A stretch of 48,536 nucleotides of DNA, filler included, from Sphacelaria rigidula (GCA_964200075.2; 3 parts of 3 records of this genome joined end to end with filler, not necessarily neighbours in it), one strand, 5' to 3'; positions 22,641 through 35,771 are shown, numbered from the whole stretch's first letter. The notes: generated from the letters alone by a model not told the origin. Made by a program: numbers and translations.

Positions 22641-25600
22641 CGTCAAAATGACCCTTGCTTCTTGTCAGCAACTGCCCCCATTGCTGAGAGGTTATCTTCT
22701 TCGTTGGGAAGTCGCACCGCCCTCACCGCTGACATGTCAGATCTTCTTCCGTTCATATCTGTATTGTTCTACCGTCGTTTTTGACTCTCAATAATTTCCG
22801 AATTCTGACCTCAGGCTACTGCTTAACCCTTGAGCGTTTTGCTAGGATGCTCGAACAGTCTGTTGAACAGTCCCATCCGTTTCCGTTTCCCTGTAGTTTT
22901 GGATTTCGAGTCCAGATGTGAGCATTCAGCTTACCCCTTGTCATGACGAAATTTATCGATAAGATGTTTATATTGTGGTATTTCGTCCGCCTGGTAGGTC
23001 AGCCGCTGGGCCGTAGCCCTTGAGTCTCAACAGATATTTATAGTTGTGACGACTTCTCCGACCTGGGCCTGGCGCGTAACGTACCACTTTTTCGACGGTG
23101 TAGCGTTCTACTGTGGGCAACGTTCCGTCTGGTTGATCTATCTTCGGTAGAGGTATCTGTCTCCCTAGGAACAACTCGTTCAACTTATCAAAGGTCCGGT
23201 GCTAGCGCTGTTTCTCGCGGGTGATGTTTCTTCAAGTGAGCGAGATGTACTGACCTTTCTTTGAAGTCGTCGCATATTTTGATTATGCACACAACCGGTG
23301 ATCGTCTCTCGGTTATCATGAAAGCTCCTCTCCATTGTAATTGGAGTTTCGGGTTCGGCCTTTCTGAGTCCTGGTATGGTGGGTACAAGAGTACCTTTTG
23401 ACCGGGTTTGAACACTGGGAACGTTCTTCATTTGTTTTTGTTTCCTTGCTCGTTCGCTCCTTCTCGTAGAGCTTGACCTGCAATTTCAAATCCTGACCGT
23501 AGGTTTTTCCGTGCTTCTTTGGAAAATTCTTTGCGTGTCGCGGCTTTCCCCGGATGCCAAATGTGGTGAAACTCTATCGGTAAAAGTTCTGGCTATCGAC
23601 GTGGCCTGTTGACACGGTATCGAGATAAGAAAGGCATACTCTGTGAGGTAGACCATCACGGACAGTACCTATCAACATAGTACTCCAGCTTTTGACATCG
23701 AAGCTGTTTTTGTCTTCGACTAGGTCTGTCGACACTCTCTCGTATGGCCGTCCCACCGGAACGTGTCTCATCGGCAAATTCTGGCGGGTTGACTGACAGC
23801 TCTCGGTCACTTTGCACTACCTTCAAACGGTCGAGCTTCTCAGCTGATATTTGACGGTGATATGTGTGGTTTGACTATTTGCTGCGCATGGTATTTTGGC
23901 TCGTTCCCATATATTTGTGTGAGCGACGGTTTGATTTCCGCTTTTCGTCGCTCTGGAGTAGCACAAACGGTCGTGAGAGGGTGTCCGGAATAACATGAAG
24001 TTTCTCCGGTTTTTATCTCTTATCACTACCATAATGTTTTCCCGGGGTTTACATGTCGGCTCGATTGGTTGGCGATTTGTACCATTCCCGTTTCATTCGC
24101 CGACTACGTGCATGCTGTCCTTGAAACAATGATGCGCGTGAATGCTTGAGGTACATCAGGCGATCAAGTGTCATCCTCGGTTATTATGCGCGGCTCCACG
24201 ACAGTTGCTGTTGTTGTTGACGGTTCACTTTGCGGTTGCACACTGCATCTTTTTGGGAAAGTGGAGCAGGGGAAGAACATTTCACACTGACCTTAGAACA
24301 GTATATTGTTTCAGTGTGTTGTATTGTGTGAGCCCTGTTGTTATCGATGCGATGCTTTGATTTTTGTACTGGAATCACGGAACGTTCGTTCTTCCGTCGG
24401 CGAGTCGAGTAAAGAGTATAGCCTTGAAAACACTCATGATGGAGTTGTCTAGTGGTCGACAATCCGGCCCCAGATTAGGTAATACAAACGCTTCTGCTGG
24501 TAGGGGTTTTATCCCCGACGCAAGCTCGAAATGAATGAACACTAGGAGTTTTTACGGGGGGGGCATCCGTGCTTCTGAGACTCATAGACCCCTGCGGTAC
24601 TGGCTTTATATCAGCTGCCATGATGGCCGGGTGTTCATCTATGAACTTTTGCTGATACACGGCACATCTGCTGCGGAATCGATTGTGAATTTTTCAGCGG
24701 GGGTGCCGTTTACTCTGGCTGCGACTCTCACACGGGCTGATGCACAGCATAGCGCTAGGGGCGCATCTGTATAACTGGCGAGAGATGATGCGTTCAATGA
24801 GTCAAAACAGTGATCGTCCAAGACCGGGTTGAAAAAAGGAAGACTGGTGTTTCGATTTGGTCAACAGCCCCTGCTTACAACATTGTTGTCTTTTTCTGGC
24901 TGCCGGTTGAATTGGAGTAGCGCGGGATGTAACGTTACCGATTCATTGGGGTACGGTGCAGAATATAGCATGGTTGAGGGCCTCAGCAAGTTGAGCTACA
25001 TGTTCGACGATGATGGCCCTCCGTGTGGTGATTGTTTTTTCCACAGCTGCTCTGAAGGCTGCTTAGGAACCAACTCTCACCGTGCTCTTCCCAGCTTCTG
25101 CTTCTAGTATGTACTTTCACATCACAACTGAGGGATATTTTGGTGGCGCGCTGCTGGAGTGAGTCACTGTACTGACTAAGAAACTCGCGTCTCTCCGGTG
25201 TGTTTCTTTTTCCAGACGGTTGACACTTTTCTCCATTTCATGCGTGATGAGGTGTGGAATCTTGAACTGCCTGTAGTTTTCAATTCCTCTCAGCTTGTGG
25301 GCTGGGATGCGGTAAAACCATCCAATACACCTCCCTTTCTTTCGTTTGCTAAATGGTAGGAAATGACAAGGTCGTGCATTCGCAGCTTGAATAATTCGTT
25401 TGTTAGTGCTATTTCGAGTCACCGCCTTTCCAGAGGTCGGCCTGCTTGATCAATTGCCGTGCCTTTCGCCCTATGGTGATGAAAGGTTGGTTGGTGAGTG
25501 TTGTTTCTCTGTTTCATTAGCCATTCTGGTGACATATAATGCACGCTGATGAGACTAATTTGCGGTTTCGCTGCTTGACTAGCCATACAGGTGACATATA

Positions 25601-26608
25601 CTGCATCCTGAGGAGTCTAACTTCACGTTTCGCTCTTTGATGAGTCATGCGGATGATATATAAATTCACATCGAGGGGACTAATTTCGCGTTGAACCAAA
25701 CACATGACTCCAATAACCCCTCAACTTGAATAATTATGCACATGACCCATACGTTTCACCTGGAGTAGCGTTCCTTGGAGGACCCTAGTGTTTCCGGTGT
25801 CGGAGAGCAGTAGGTTCTCGTTCTAGGTTTTCACTTCTACGGCCTGTCTTGCCTGAGTTCTTTTTCTGGTGTCGCCAATGTGAGAAATGCGTATCGCTAG
25901 AGTCGTCACACTCCTACGGGGGAAACTGTCGTCCTGATGCCGAAGGAACTCCAAGGCTGGCGATGATTTCCTCTTGTATTTGTAGGCAAGAAGTTAGGTC
26001 AGACGAGAAGTGGTCGCCAGGGGCGACCAGTACCTCGGGGGATGTTGGACCGTCCTACTATTAGGCTCTTCCTGGTATCACCCCGAGTTGTCAGAACTAC
26101 GTCGGCATTACAGGGTCCTCGGTAATCTGGTCCTTCCGGACCGTTCCTACCTTGTCCCTAATTGCGCTGGTTCTTCATACATGTGTGGCATCAGTCTCTG
26201 ATATGTCCCTGCAAAGAGGAATCTTCGACATCAAGGTGGGATTATGCGTTCCTTAGTTGCTTCGAAATAACATGCACAGAAAGGGTGTGTGTCCAGCAGA
26301 GGGCCAGCACCAAAGCTGATAACCGGGGTAAGATGTGATTGATGTATGCTCATGCGTTTGTGCTACCTCCTGGTTGGAGTCCGTATGATACAGCCCCCAC
26401 TCACCAATACAATATTTGAGCTACCGCGCGGAGGTCCAGCGTCTTCACTAGTGTTTTCCCTATACCCCCTCCGAACGGCCGTGCTATGCTCGACGGTGTT
26501 TGGTATTACAGACTCACCGTATATACTCAAAACAAGGAGTCTTGACGTCTTACCCCTTTCCTGCCGCCGCGGTATTCAAAACTCGACACAATGGGTGATG
26601 ACGATACA
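22179..26608 (-). mobile_element. Decayed chromodomain-bearing Ty3/Gypsy element, RT largely missing
   Basis: Protease AARVNG..FTIDSAADVPCIS (~24650-24725); integrase RPYERVSTDLVE (~23715-23755); GPY/F-type region FKPGQKVLLY..PKLQLQWRGAF..VHLAHLKK (23188-23415); chromodomain YTVEKVV..YKYLLRLKGYGPAADL (~23000-23105); PBS-like TGGTGCTGGCCC (rc 26301-26312) next to a candidate LTR at 26317-26608. Confidence 0.8.
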
Positions 26609-27649
26609 AGTACCGTACAACACAGCACCGTAGAGGGTAACACAGAGAGTTGTGCGCCATGTGCGTATCGCTTGAAGTTTATGGTGAAAACTTGTAGGAG
26701 GAACGTTAAGCTGCTTCTTACGGTATGGAGGCAGCTGTACCGCGTGCTGTACTGCCCTTAGTACTGTGCCGTTCTAACGCTGCTACAGCAACGCACTCCC
26801 TGACAATACTACTGACATGTTTCGTCACATCAGCTCCATCTGTCGAACCCGTGGTCACAGAATGCAAGATATACCATTCACCATCCATGCCTTCAAAACA
26901 AAGAGCCTGCAGAGAAAGACGAGAAACAGAACATCTAGACAAAATAAGGGCAGTTACCAGCCCGGGACTGCTGTGTGAATCTCCTCGCTGAAGGCCATTA
27001 TCAAATTTTGGCTGGTGAGGCCGCTTTGTATAGGTCGAAAGGAGTTACCGCGGACAAAGGCCCGTTTGGAGCGATTTGCCGCAGGTTGTCGGCGGCATAC
27101 GGGTCTTGACGGATTAGTCCTCCTCGTTAATATCTGCTACAGTTCCCAAGAGGATTCTCTTGCACTTTTCCGATTTCTCCTACGCCCAGTTCAACCTTCG
27201 GTCGGGGGACTGCTTTTCTCCAACAGCCCCACAAATGTTTCAGATTCCAAGCACAGACGATCTGTATTCCGAAATCCGGAGTGTTAAATGTTGTGGGGTT
27301 GTTGTTAAAGAGCTGAATTACGGTCAAAAGTAAGGCTGGGCATCGGAAAATCGGGAAAGACTGCTAGACTCTTCTTTGGAAAGTACAGCAAATCTTGCCG
27401 AGGAGGCCCAATCCACCAAGACCCGTCCTCCGCCAAATATCTGTGATGGATCGCTCACAGAGGGCAATTCTCCGACCGTCTTTATATTGACCATAAAGAG
27501 CGGCCGAACTCGTAAAATTGGGCAGTGTGCTCTACTTCTTGTGGGCATTGTTCGGAAATGGTACCATACTCAAATTTCCACATTTATTTACGCCATATTG
27601 TATTCCGGCTATAAGTCTCGAACCACGATGGACCACTAAATCTGCGAAA

Positions 27650-29745
27650 TGATACCGTTAACAGCCTGGGTCCGGTTTTGAGGCTCAACATTTGGGTGAG
27701 GTTTAACGGACCATCGAAATTTCATTCGTTTTGTCCGAAAGGCTCGAGATTCGCAACCGCTTTCGACCATGTAACCCTCACCCAGAAGTTTCTGCACGGC
27801 AGCGCAAGCATGATGATGAGCAGTCCAACAGAAAAACCGCCGTCAGTGGTTGTACGGCATCTTGTGAGCAACCCCTGCGTCTAAGCGCTACGGAACACGT
27901 AACGAAGCAAGCTGAAAACATACTTCTTTGGACTAGTCATCGAATTTTCGAGCGCCTCTTGTTGAGTATCTGAGAGAGACTTCATACTTATACGCCGGCG
28001 ACGACCGCCGTCAGCGAACGATTCAATGCGACGACAGACGCCAGCGACCTTTGAAACGCAACATCATTCAGCAGTCTGCTGAGATATATCATTACCAGAG
28101 TACAACATCACTACAGTACAGTGGTCAGTTGGATGAAATAGATGCCTCATAATAAAGCTGCAGACACACACAACGGGGGTAAGGGTTAGTCACACGCCTG
28201 GGGTTGTTTCGCCAGGAGTGCCCATGCGAGGCGCTTCATCCAGTCTGAACCAGCTATCACACATTGTATGGCCACTTCCGCCGTGGCTGTGTTGAGAACC
28301 GATTTCGCGGTGAGGCTGTCGAACAATACTACTGTAGTGCAATGCGCTTGCGAAATCCGAGCCGTTTTTCTCAATTTAGAACCCGCTTCAGCTGTAGTTT
28401 GAATATCCCTCCTGACGGTCCCAAACGGGGTCTGATGCAGCGACGGAAAGCGCTGGCACCCTCCCTCTCAGATAGGATTTGTGACAAGTGTGGGGGTATT
28501 TGGTGAACATCGCTTGGAATGAAACATGTAGAACAAAATTCAGGGGTATCGTAGTACATATTTCCCTGTCGAAAATCGAAATTTACTTGCTTGAACGCTT
28601 TATACCTGTCACAATGAACGCCTGATTTGCAAGGAAACCATCCATTATTTCCGGACTTTTCCTGGGGTCTAATCCTAACTTCAAGTACCCGCACAGTTGT
28701 CATGTATCATATCCGAAAGGAGAGTGCCAGCCCTTTCGCTAGGCTGTTCAGACCCCCTTTGGGACCCACGGGGAGAGACTACTTTGAGAAACCGTACAAT
28801 TGACCCTGAGCACACACTGTACAGTACTGCATTTTAGGAGGGTTTGGCAGGCGGTAGGCTCGCCAATCCAGTGGCGGGATAGGTGGAGCCATGCCTCTCC
28901 CGCACACCTCCTACGAAATGCTGAGCACTACTGCACGTAGTGATAAAGCACATTTTTTTGCATATATATATATATACATGATTGTTGTGCAAAGGTACGA
29001 AAATGACGGCGCGTGGGGGGTGGCTGTATGAGCTGGATCTTGTTCTACCTCATCTGTCAATGTGCTGCGGGTTGTCAAAAACAAAAACGGGTAGCAACCA
29101 GGCTGCCCGATGCAGCGACGGCCCACCCGGACACCAGTTCCTAACTCTGCTAGGAATATAGTGACCATACAAGGCGTGATAGCTGGTTCAGACTAGATGA
29201 AACACCTCTCATGGGCGCTACTGGCGAAACAACCTCAAGCGTGAGAGTTCCCACAATCTCTCGTTGTGTATGTGTCAAGATTTGTTTTTGCTCGTTTCAC
29301 CCAACTGACTGCATCTGTATTTCCTCCCGGGGCTGCCAGGAGCTTAGTAGACGTCACAGAAGTGCGGTAGCTCACGCTCTTGTCTGCACAGCAGGCGACT
29401 ACCTCGCTGCTACACTTTGCCTGCTATTCACTTCGAAAATATGCATGTGCGCAAACGGACAGCACTGTACTTGCGTCGGCGGCAGTTGCGCTACGGGGAC
29501 ATCGCCTTGATGCGTGTCCTGTAGCGCTTAGAGGCACGTCCTGCTTACAAGATGCCGCACAGTGACGGTGGCTTTTCTGTTGGACTGCTCATCATGCTTG
29601 GGCTCCCGTACAGAACCTCCTGGGTTAGGGTTACATGGTCGAAACCGCGTACTAATCTCGAGCCTATTAGACGAAACATATGAAATTTCGATGGCGACTT
29701 CAACCTCACCCAAATGTTGAACCAGATTCAGGCTTGTCATTGATA
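27650..29745. mobile_element. ~2.1-kb element bounded by long, discontinuous inverted repeats
   Basis: 27684-27890 ~ rc 29525-29722; inner pair 28190-28276 ~ rc 29160-29246. Exact ends and TSD not resolved. Confidence 0.65.
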
Positions 29746-29817
29746 AATGCTCAATGTCATACGAGTTGGTCTAGCCTAGACGCAAATTGATAGTTTGTAG
29801 GCCCCGCCTCACCTCGG

Positions 29818-29902
29818 TTTTGATACTTGGACTTTCAAGTTTGGTACAAGCTGGGCATCTCAATTTTGATACTTAGACTTCCAAGTTTGGTACAAGCTGG
29901 GC
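29818..29902 (+). repeat. Short direct duplication, 46-bp period
   Basis: TTTTGATACTT(G/A)GACTT(T/C)CAAGTTTGGTACAAGCTGGGC occurs twice. Confidence 0.9.
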
Positions 29903-31890
29903 CGCGCAAGATGCAAAGTGGAATAGTGACACGCGATTTCACTGCTGAATTTTCAGTCGTTTTCAATGGAATTTTCAAACTATCTACAGGATGCTACAGG
30001 ATGTATGTCCAAGCCCCCCCCCTGTATGTTTTTCTTCGGGACTCATTCGCGATTAAGTTCTGCGAAAAACCATTGTAAAATGTTCCGTCGCCAACAACCC
30101 ACGAAGAAACAATACATGTAGGGGAGAAAAAAGTAAGGTCCTCGTACATACGTCGAGTGAAGACCACTTTGCAACGAGAACGCCTGAACCTCTAAAAATA
30201 AATTCGCAGGCCAATTTTGTCTTATTTCATTCAGCATACCTATGTGGTTCTCTATGCTACGTTTCAAATCACAGTTTTCAATAATGGAGAGTTTCGAAAG
30301 ATGTTTTTTATCATAGAGTCAGAGTGCAGAGTGGAAGCTTCGAAACTTAATAGTGGACGTTATAACGTCCATAGCGGAAGCTGATGTGGCGTGGCTTGGC
30401 GTGATTTTGCTCTGTCGCAGTGATTGGCCGCAGATTGCCCCGCCAAATGTACGATCGACCAGCGCCCACTTCGAAAGTGCACAGGCCGGCACAACACTGA
30501 CTGTACCGTACACTGCGGCACCGTACGCACTATACCCTGCACGGTTTTTCAATGCATCTGCAGTAATTCAATCCACTATACGGCGCACTACAGGACACTG
30601 TCGTGCTGTAGTGCTATAGTTCTGTGCAGCGCAGAATACAGTGCAGTACAGAGAATGCACTACAGAACCCTACAAGAGTGCATTACGATGCCGTGAACTA
30701 TTTTACGGTATAGCGATGCCGTACAGAGAGTCAGTTGTACAAACAACAATAGTACAGACAGTACGGTACGCAGCACTTTCAAACAGCAGACCTCGGCTGC
30801 ATTGCGATGATGTCTCCGCATACCACCCATAACGGTGGTGCAAAACGTCATGATCTCTCACGGGATGGGAATGCAGCCAGATGTAGTACTGCTTGTGCGC
30901 TGTAGACTACGAATCATTTCAACCGTCTTCTTCTAGCTGAGGCTGGCAAGAGTGGGGAACTGCACCCAAGTCAACGTGTACCCATCGGGCATTTGAATAT
31001 TCACGCAACACAACCAAGCGAATGCTGATACCATGGCGGCGTCATGGAGGTCTTCTGATTGCGATGCTAAGCTTTTCTACTTCGTGAATGGCCCACTGTG
31101 ATGAGTATGGCAGTTTTGATGGATGATGATCCCACTTTGCTTGTTAGGGTGTATTGAAATATGTGAACTTTGGACTGGACGTGACCATGGCGGCGAAGGT
31201 GGGCGTGGTTCTTTTTTTTTTCCCGCTATGAGCTCTGAAGAGGAACACTGATCTTCAGAGTGAAGTGGTGCAAACGGCTCTCTGACTCTAAAAAAATCGC
31301 CCTGAAAAACCTTCACAGCGGAAAGTGAACCGTTACCGGCTATTTTTCCTTCCACTCTGACTCTTAGATTTGAAAAAACGTTTCCCGAAACTCTCTAATG
31401 AGTTGAAAACCTGACATGAGGTCGAACATCAATTTGCATTTCTGGTAAAATAAAGGTAAAGTAGCAAGTAGCAAAATATAAACTCATTTTTCTTTTATTA
31501 TGCACTACTGATTTTCCGTACGAATTCCAAAGCATCACTCTCAAAAACTGAGATGCAATATCCAGATCTTGTGTATTTCGTGCCTTTGGTCGTGATATAT
31601 TGATTTCAGTGTGGCACCTTACGTGCGCCGTATCTCGAGATAGATGAATTACGTAAACGTGAGGGTATCTCTCGTCTCCGCGTGCTTCACGGAATGTCCA
31701 CTCCGAAAATCGTCGCCATCTATCTGCTGGATGTATCGTTCGGGGTTTTCATAAAGAGTCTAGTATAGTTCTCCCCGATCGCCACCCGTCTGGGGTTGGT
31801 TGTGTCGGGGTAGGCTAACGCCGTCAACAACACAACCGGTCAGTAAGGGAGGGTAAGTTGACCTATTGGCTTATCTACGTGTCGTGTCAG

Positions 31891-32149
31891 TGGTAACGCA
31901 ACATATTCCGTGGCCCGTGGCGAAGGATAGATAGTTTTGTCTTTTGTACTATTGGAGAGTGCCTAGACTGAGTTGACCCTGTGACTGAGGGATCAGATGC
32001 TGAGTGAGAGAGAGAGGGCTCATGGCAGCTCGGCAGCTGTCATGAGCGGGGTACTGTAGTCACACACACTCGACTACCAGTACCCGCACGTGCGCATAAT
32101 TTTATCCGCACGTGTGCATGTTCACTCAGTGTACCTGTTCACATGAGCA
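31891..32149 (-). repeat. 259-bp LTR of the same Copia family, likely a 3' LTR
   Basis: Aligns end to end with 21926-22178; preceded on the minus strand by polypurine tract AGAGGGGG (rc 32150-32157). Confidence 0.8.
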
Positions 32150-32328
32150 CCCCCTCTAAACCGGTACATCAGTCGTCGTGGCTTATCCTCTCGAAAAAAA
32201 CAAAAAATTCAAGGGGGGAAACCCGGCCATCCGGGCAAAAACCCCCTCCCCTCAACAGCTTGTGCTCGATCTAGACAATCCATGGGCGCCGGTCAAGGCA
32301 GATACACGACATGTCGGGAAACGCCCTA

Positions 32329-32428
32329 NNNNNNNNNNNNNNNNNNNNNNNNNNNNNNNNNNNNNNNNNNNNTTAATTAATTAANNNNNNNNNNNNNNNN
32401 NNNNNNNNNNNNNNNNNNNNNNNNNNNN
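32329..32428. other. Artificial contig linker (44N-TTAATTAATTAA-44N)
   Basis: Same structure as 16115-16214. Confidence 0.97.
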
Positions 32429-33240
32429 ATAGTAATCCTGGCGTACTCTCTCATATTTTTATAAGTCGTGTTTTGGATGAGATACGGGGCTCCTAACAAT
32501 TCTACTCTCAGAAGTTATTTCTGTACCCCTATCGTAGCATCACTCCCGAGAAGGCATGGATTACGGCCATTTTCGATCCGATTGATTTCTACCGGCCGGT
32601 CGGCCGTAGCACCAACTGTCAAAGTATATATACATACTGTATATATTCTTGAAAAAGACAAAAGTGGGCGCGGTTGAGGACTCGTACATACACACGGTGG
32701 GCACTGCATCGATTATATATTCATTTTCCCTCACCACTATCCGCCGAGCACCTGGAGTATACGGTTTTGGTTCTGTATACTTGAGAAGGGCTTTCGATCA
32801 TACGTTGATTCTAACAGATACAGTTTCAAGCGTCTTCCGCGAAATCGCTGCTAACCCCCTTTGGTCACACCGAAATGACGCTGTGCCATGGTAGGCCTGT
32901 AGCCCTTAACACCCTTGGATGCCAAAGACTTCCTCGCTTGCCTGTTTCATTACTATGGCAGAAGTGAAAATCTGAAGCGACTGTTCGCCGTTAAACCTCT
33001 GGACTCAGAGACGCGAAGGCTTCTCGACCATACCCACTCAAGGTGAATCCGTTGGCCCCCTCATCAAACTTGGCCCGCGGCCACACTCATCCCTTGCTAT
33101 TCAACTGTATATATTTCACCTTACAATCAATTCAACTTGTGTCCGATGCCAGAGGGATGGGCAAACAACTTCAACATAATCGTAAGAGTAGCGCAGTGCT
33201 GCAATAGACTGAGATATCCCTGAATAGCCTTCACGATAAA

Positions 33241-34449
33241 CTACCAAATCGTCTTCATGATCCTGCCCTTTGGTTTCACAGTAGGAAGAGGCGATGGCGT
33301 CTCCTTGCTCATCGGTGCTGGGGCTTTTTCGTCCATTGGCGGCGTCGCTTTTCCTCCGCCACCCTTTCCATCTACATTTGCGTAGCTGACACGTTGAGCA
33401 CGTTCCTCCACCGTGGGGGGTCTCAATTTCCATTGCCGGGCCCGCGGCGACAGTGTGGCCTCTGCTTGGTCATTTCCACTTCCCACCGTGAGATCATGGC
33501 CGACAACGTCATGCTCAGCAGCTCCGAGCGACAAATTATCTTGTCCGAGCGAACCCTCGGCTTGACTGTCCGCCGAACTGGAGCTTTTCTTCCTTCGCCG
33601 GCGGCCTGGATTTCTGGCTTTTCCCGCGCTGGATCTCCTTCTTCGGGATGTCTTGTTGTTTGCCTCGAGGCCAAGTTGCTGGACACCGCACGGATCGTTG
33701 CTACCATGATTATCTTCGATAGCTGCGGACACTGCTCTCACGTCGTGATCGTCGTCGGAGAAAGACTGCTCTCGTCGCGGAGCCCTCGCCGCCACAACAT
33801 GCCTCCGAGTTTCAGTGTTGATAAGCCCATCCCCGCCACCGTTGCTGCTGTCACTGTGCGGTGTGTACACATTACTCGCTCGGGACTTGGAAAAAGAGTG
33901 GAGTTGCTGGAATGGCGCAGCAAGTGTAGTACATATCCCACCACCATCCGCAGGTTCCATGTCTCGTGAACCATCTACACTAGCCGAGCCCACAGTAGCT
34001 GCGGTACTCTCCAATCCAGGCGGGAAATTGGTTGAATTCGACGATGATGCTGCATGATTGGAGCCACCGGTACCATTTTTGAAGCCCAACACGCCTACCA
34101 GAGAAGACAATCTGTCCCCTAGTGTAAGCGGCGCGGGAGGGAGCGGTTCGTTACCGCTGGACCATAGATGGCTAGTTTTGGACTGAGGCACCACTGGTAC
34201 CACGCCGGAGAAGTATATCACGTCTCCCTCTGGCGCCTTGTCGAAAGAGGTGCTTTTTGCGCGTGTGCGTTCTTCGTCGCTCCAGCACCCCCATCTCTGC
34301 AGCACCTCACGCACCTCGTCCTGCGCCACAGATGAGACATCTTCGGCAAACATATACCCGACTCCGTCGCTCGAGTTGTCCTGTATTGCGGGTGCTGCGG
34401 AATTGGCGGGGAGCGTAGGGATATAGTAAGGCATTGGGCGGAATTCCAC
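33241..34449 (-). CDS. Probable large exon of a host gene, low-complexity Ser/Gly-rich protein of unknown function
   Basis: 402 stop-free codons with no TE motif; basic NLS-like patches (RRRRSS, RRRRKK); candidate acceptor ..GTTTCAG| just upstream of the GTG start. True boundaries unknown. Confidence 0.55.
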   Translation of the reverse strand: MEFRPMPYYIPTLPANSAAPAIQDNSSDGVGYMFAEDVSSVAQDEVREVLQRWGCWSDEERTRAKSTSFDKAPEGDVIYFSGVVPVVPQSKTSHLWSSGNEPLPPAPLTLGDRLSSLVGVLGFKNGTGGSNHAASSSNSTNFPPGLESTAATVGSASVDGSRDMEPADGGGICTTLAAPFQQLHSFSKSRASNVYTPHSDSSNGGGDGLINTETRRHVVAARAPRREQSFSDDDHDVRAVSAAIEDNHGSNDPCGVQQLGLEANNKTSRRRRSSAGKARNPGRRRRKKSSSSADSQAEGSLGQDNLSLGAAEHDVVGHDLTVGSGNDQAEATLSPRARQWKLRPPTVEERAQRVSYANVDGKGGGGKATPPMDEKAPAPMSKETPSPLPTVKPKGRIMKTIW

Positions 34450-35529
34450 CGCTGAAACCGCTGAGCAGTAAACTCCGCGCTCAATACGCGGTCACTAGTG
34501 ACAACACAGAACTACAATATGTTGAATAACGAAGCTGAATAAGTCCAAAACAGTCGTTCAGCCATTGCGCGTGTTGGCTGACGGCCAGAAGTGAAGACCT
34601 CCTACTGGGGTGCCGGCGTATAAGATACATATATATTTGAGATAATTCCCGTGACTGATGGAAAAGATTGCTCTGCTTTGCATCGCACTTCAATTTTGTT
34701 TTCCTTTTCCTTTGTTGTTCCTTTGTTACGATGGAAAAGGAGCGAAATGAGAAATCATGCGCCGTTTTAATCTAGCAAGCTAGGGTGAGAAACAAATGAT
34801 ATCGAGACGGTAAAACAGCACGCGAACAGACCAGCGACTTCAAGGGGAGCAGCAGTCACGCGCAAGTTTATTGACACGTACTGTTGTACTCGTACTGAAA
34901 ATGCTATGTAAGGCAGCGCCCAGTACAGGGGGAAACATTTGATACACGGCTTTCACAGTATCACTGCGCTGTAGACTGTACAGGTTGCCTCACAGCACAA
35001 TACCTGGTGCAGAGCTTTTGCAGGGTGCTCACAGGAGCGGGGTCCTGTGCACAGGGGCCGCCCGAAAATTAGAATCCTGTGCATGTTTGCCACGACGAGC
35101 ACCCGGAGCTAAAACTCCTGCCACAAGGCTGTGATTGGCCTGGCACAGTGCAAGGCTATGCAGGGCTCTGCAGTTCACCCACAGGGGAGACATTTGCCCA
35201 CGTGTGTATAATTTTAGTGCAGAAGCCAAGGCATCTATATTATAGAGCGAATGCAATACGTGCACTGCCTTACATCTGCTGGCGACAAGTTTTCGGTTGT
35301 TTTTGACACGCACGCGGCCGCCGTTCGTCCAATACAGAACGGATTTCCGTCAAACAAAGACCGCCGTGTGTACATTAGCAACGGCTACAGAATTAGTGAT
35401 GCGCGTGAGTGGTGGATGTCTGTCCGTGTTTTCGGGGGGCTGGGTGTGTAGGTGTTGCGTTGCGCTGTTGCGTGATATCGGCATCAATACACAGACCTTG
35501 GTCCTGCTTGGACGAACACCACTTCCAGA

Positions 35530-35771
35530 CGCGCCGCATTTCCATTTCTTAACCTGCGCGCAGATCTGGGTTCATGTCGCAACTTGGGTAGCCTGTACAT
35601 GGGCGCAAACAACGTACTTTTCACTTGTGGCCTATCTTTGCCGCCTGCCTCCCCCCTCTGTTGCCAACATAGCTTCACACCGTAGTGTTGTTGTGGAACA
35701 CCAAGCAGAGATACAAGTAGCGTGCCGTAGACTGTATTTAGTGCAGAACGATGCACGCTCACTGTTTCTTG
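35530..35771 (+). repeat. Interspersed repeat; uninterrupted counterpart of 36245-36339 + 37622-37760
   Basis: First half matches 36245-36339; second half matches 37624-37760. Confidence 0.9.

Noticed and set aside
22178-31891. Single 10-kb LTR element between the two similar LTRs
   Set aside because: PPT and gag positions show the LTRs belong to two different elements lying outside this interval; the interior is unrelated.
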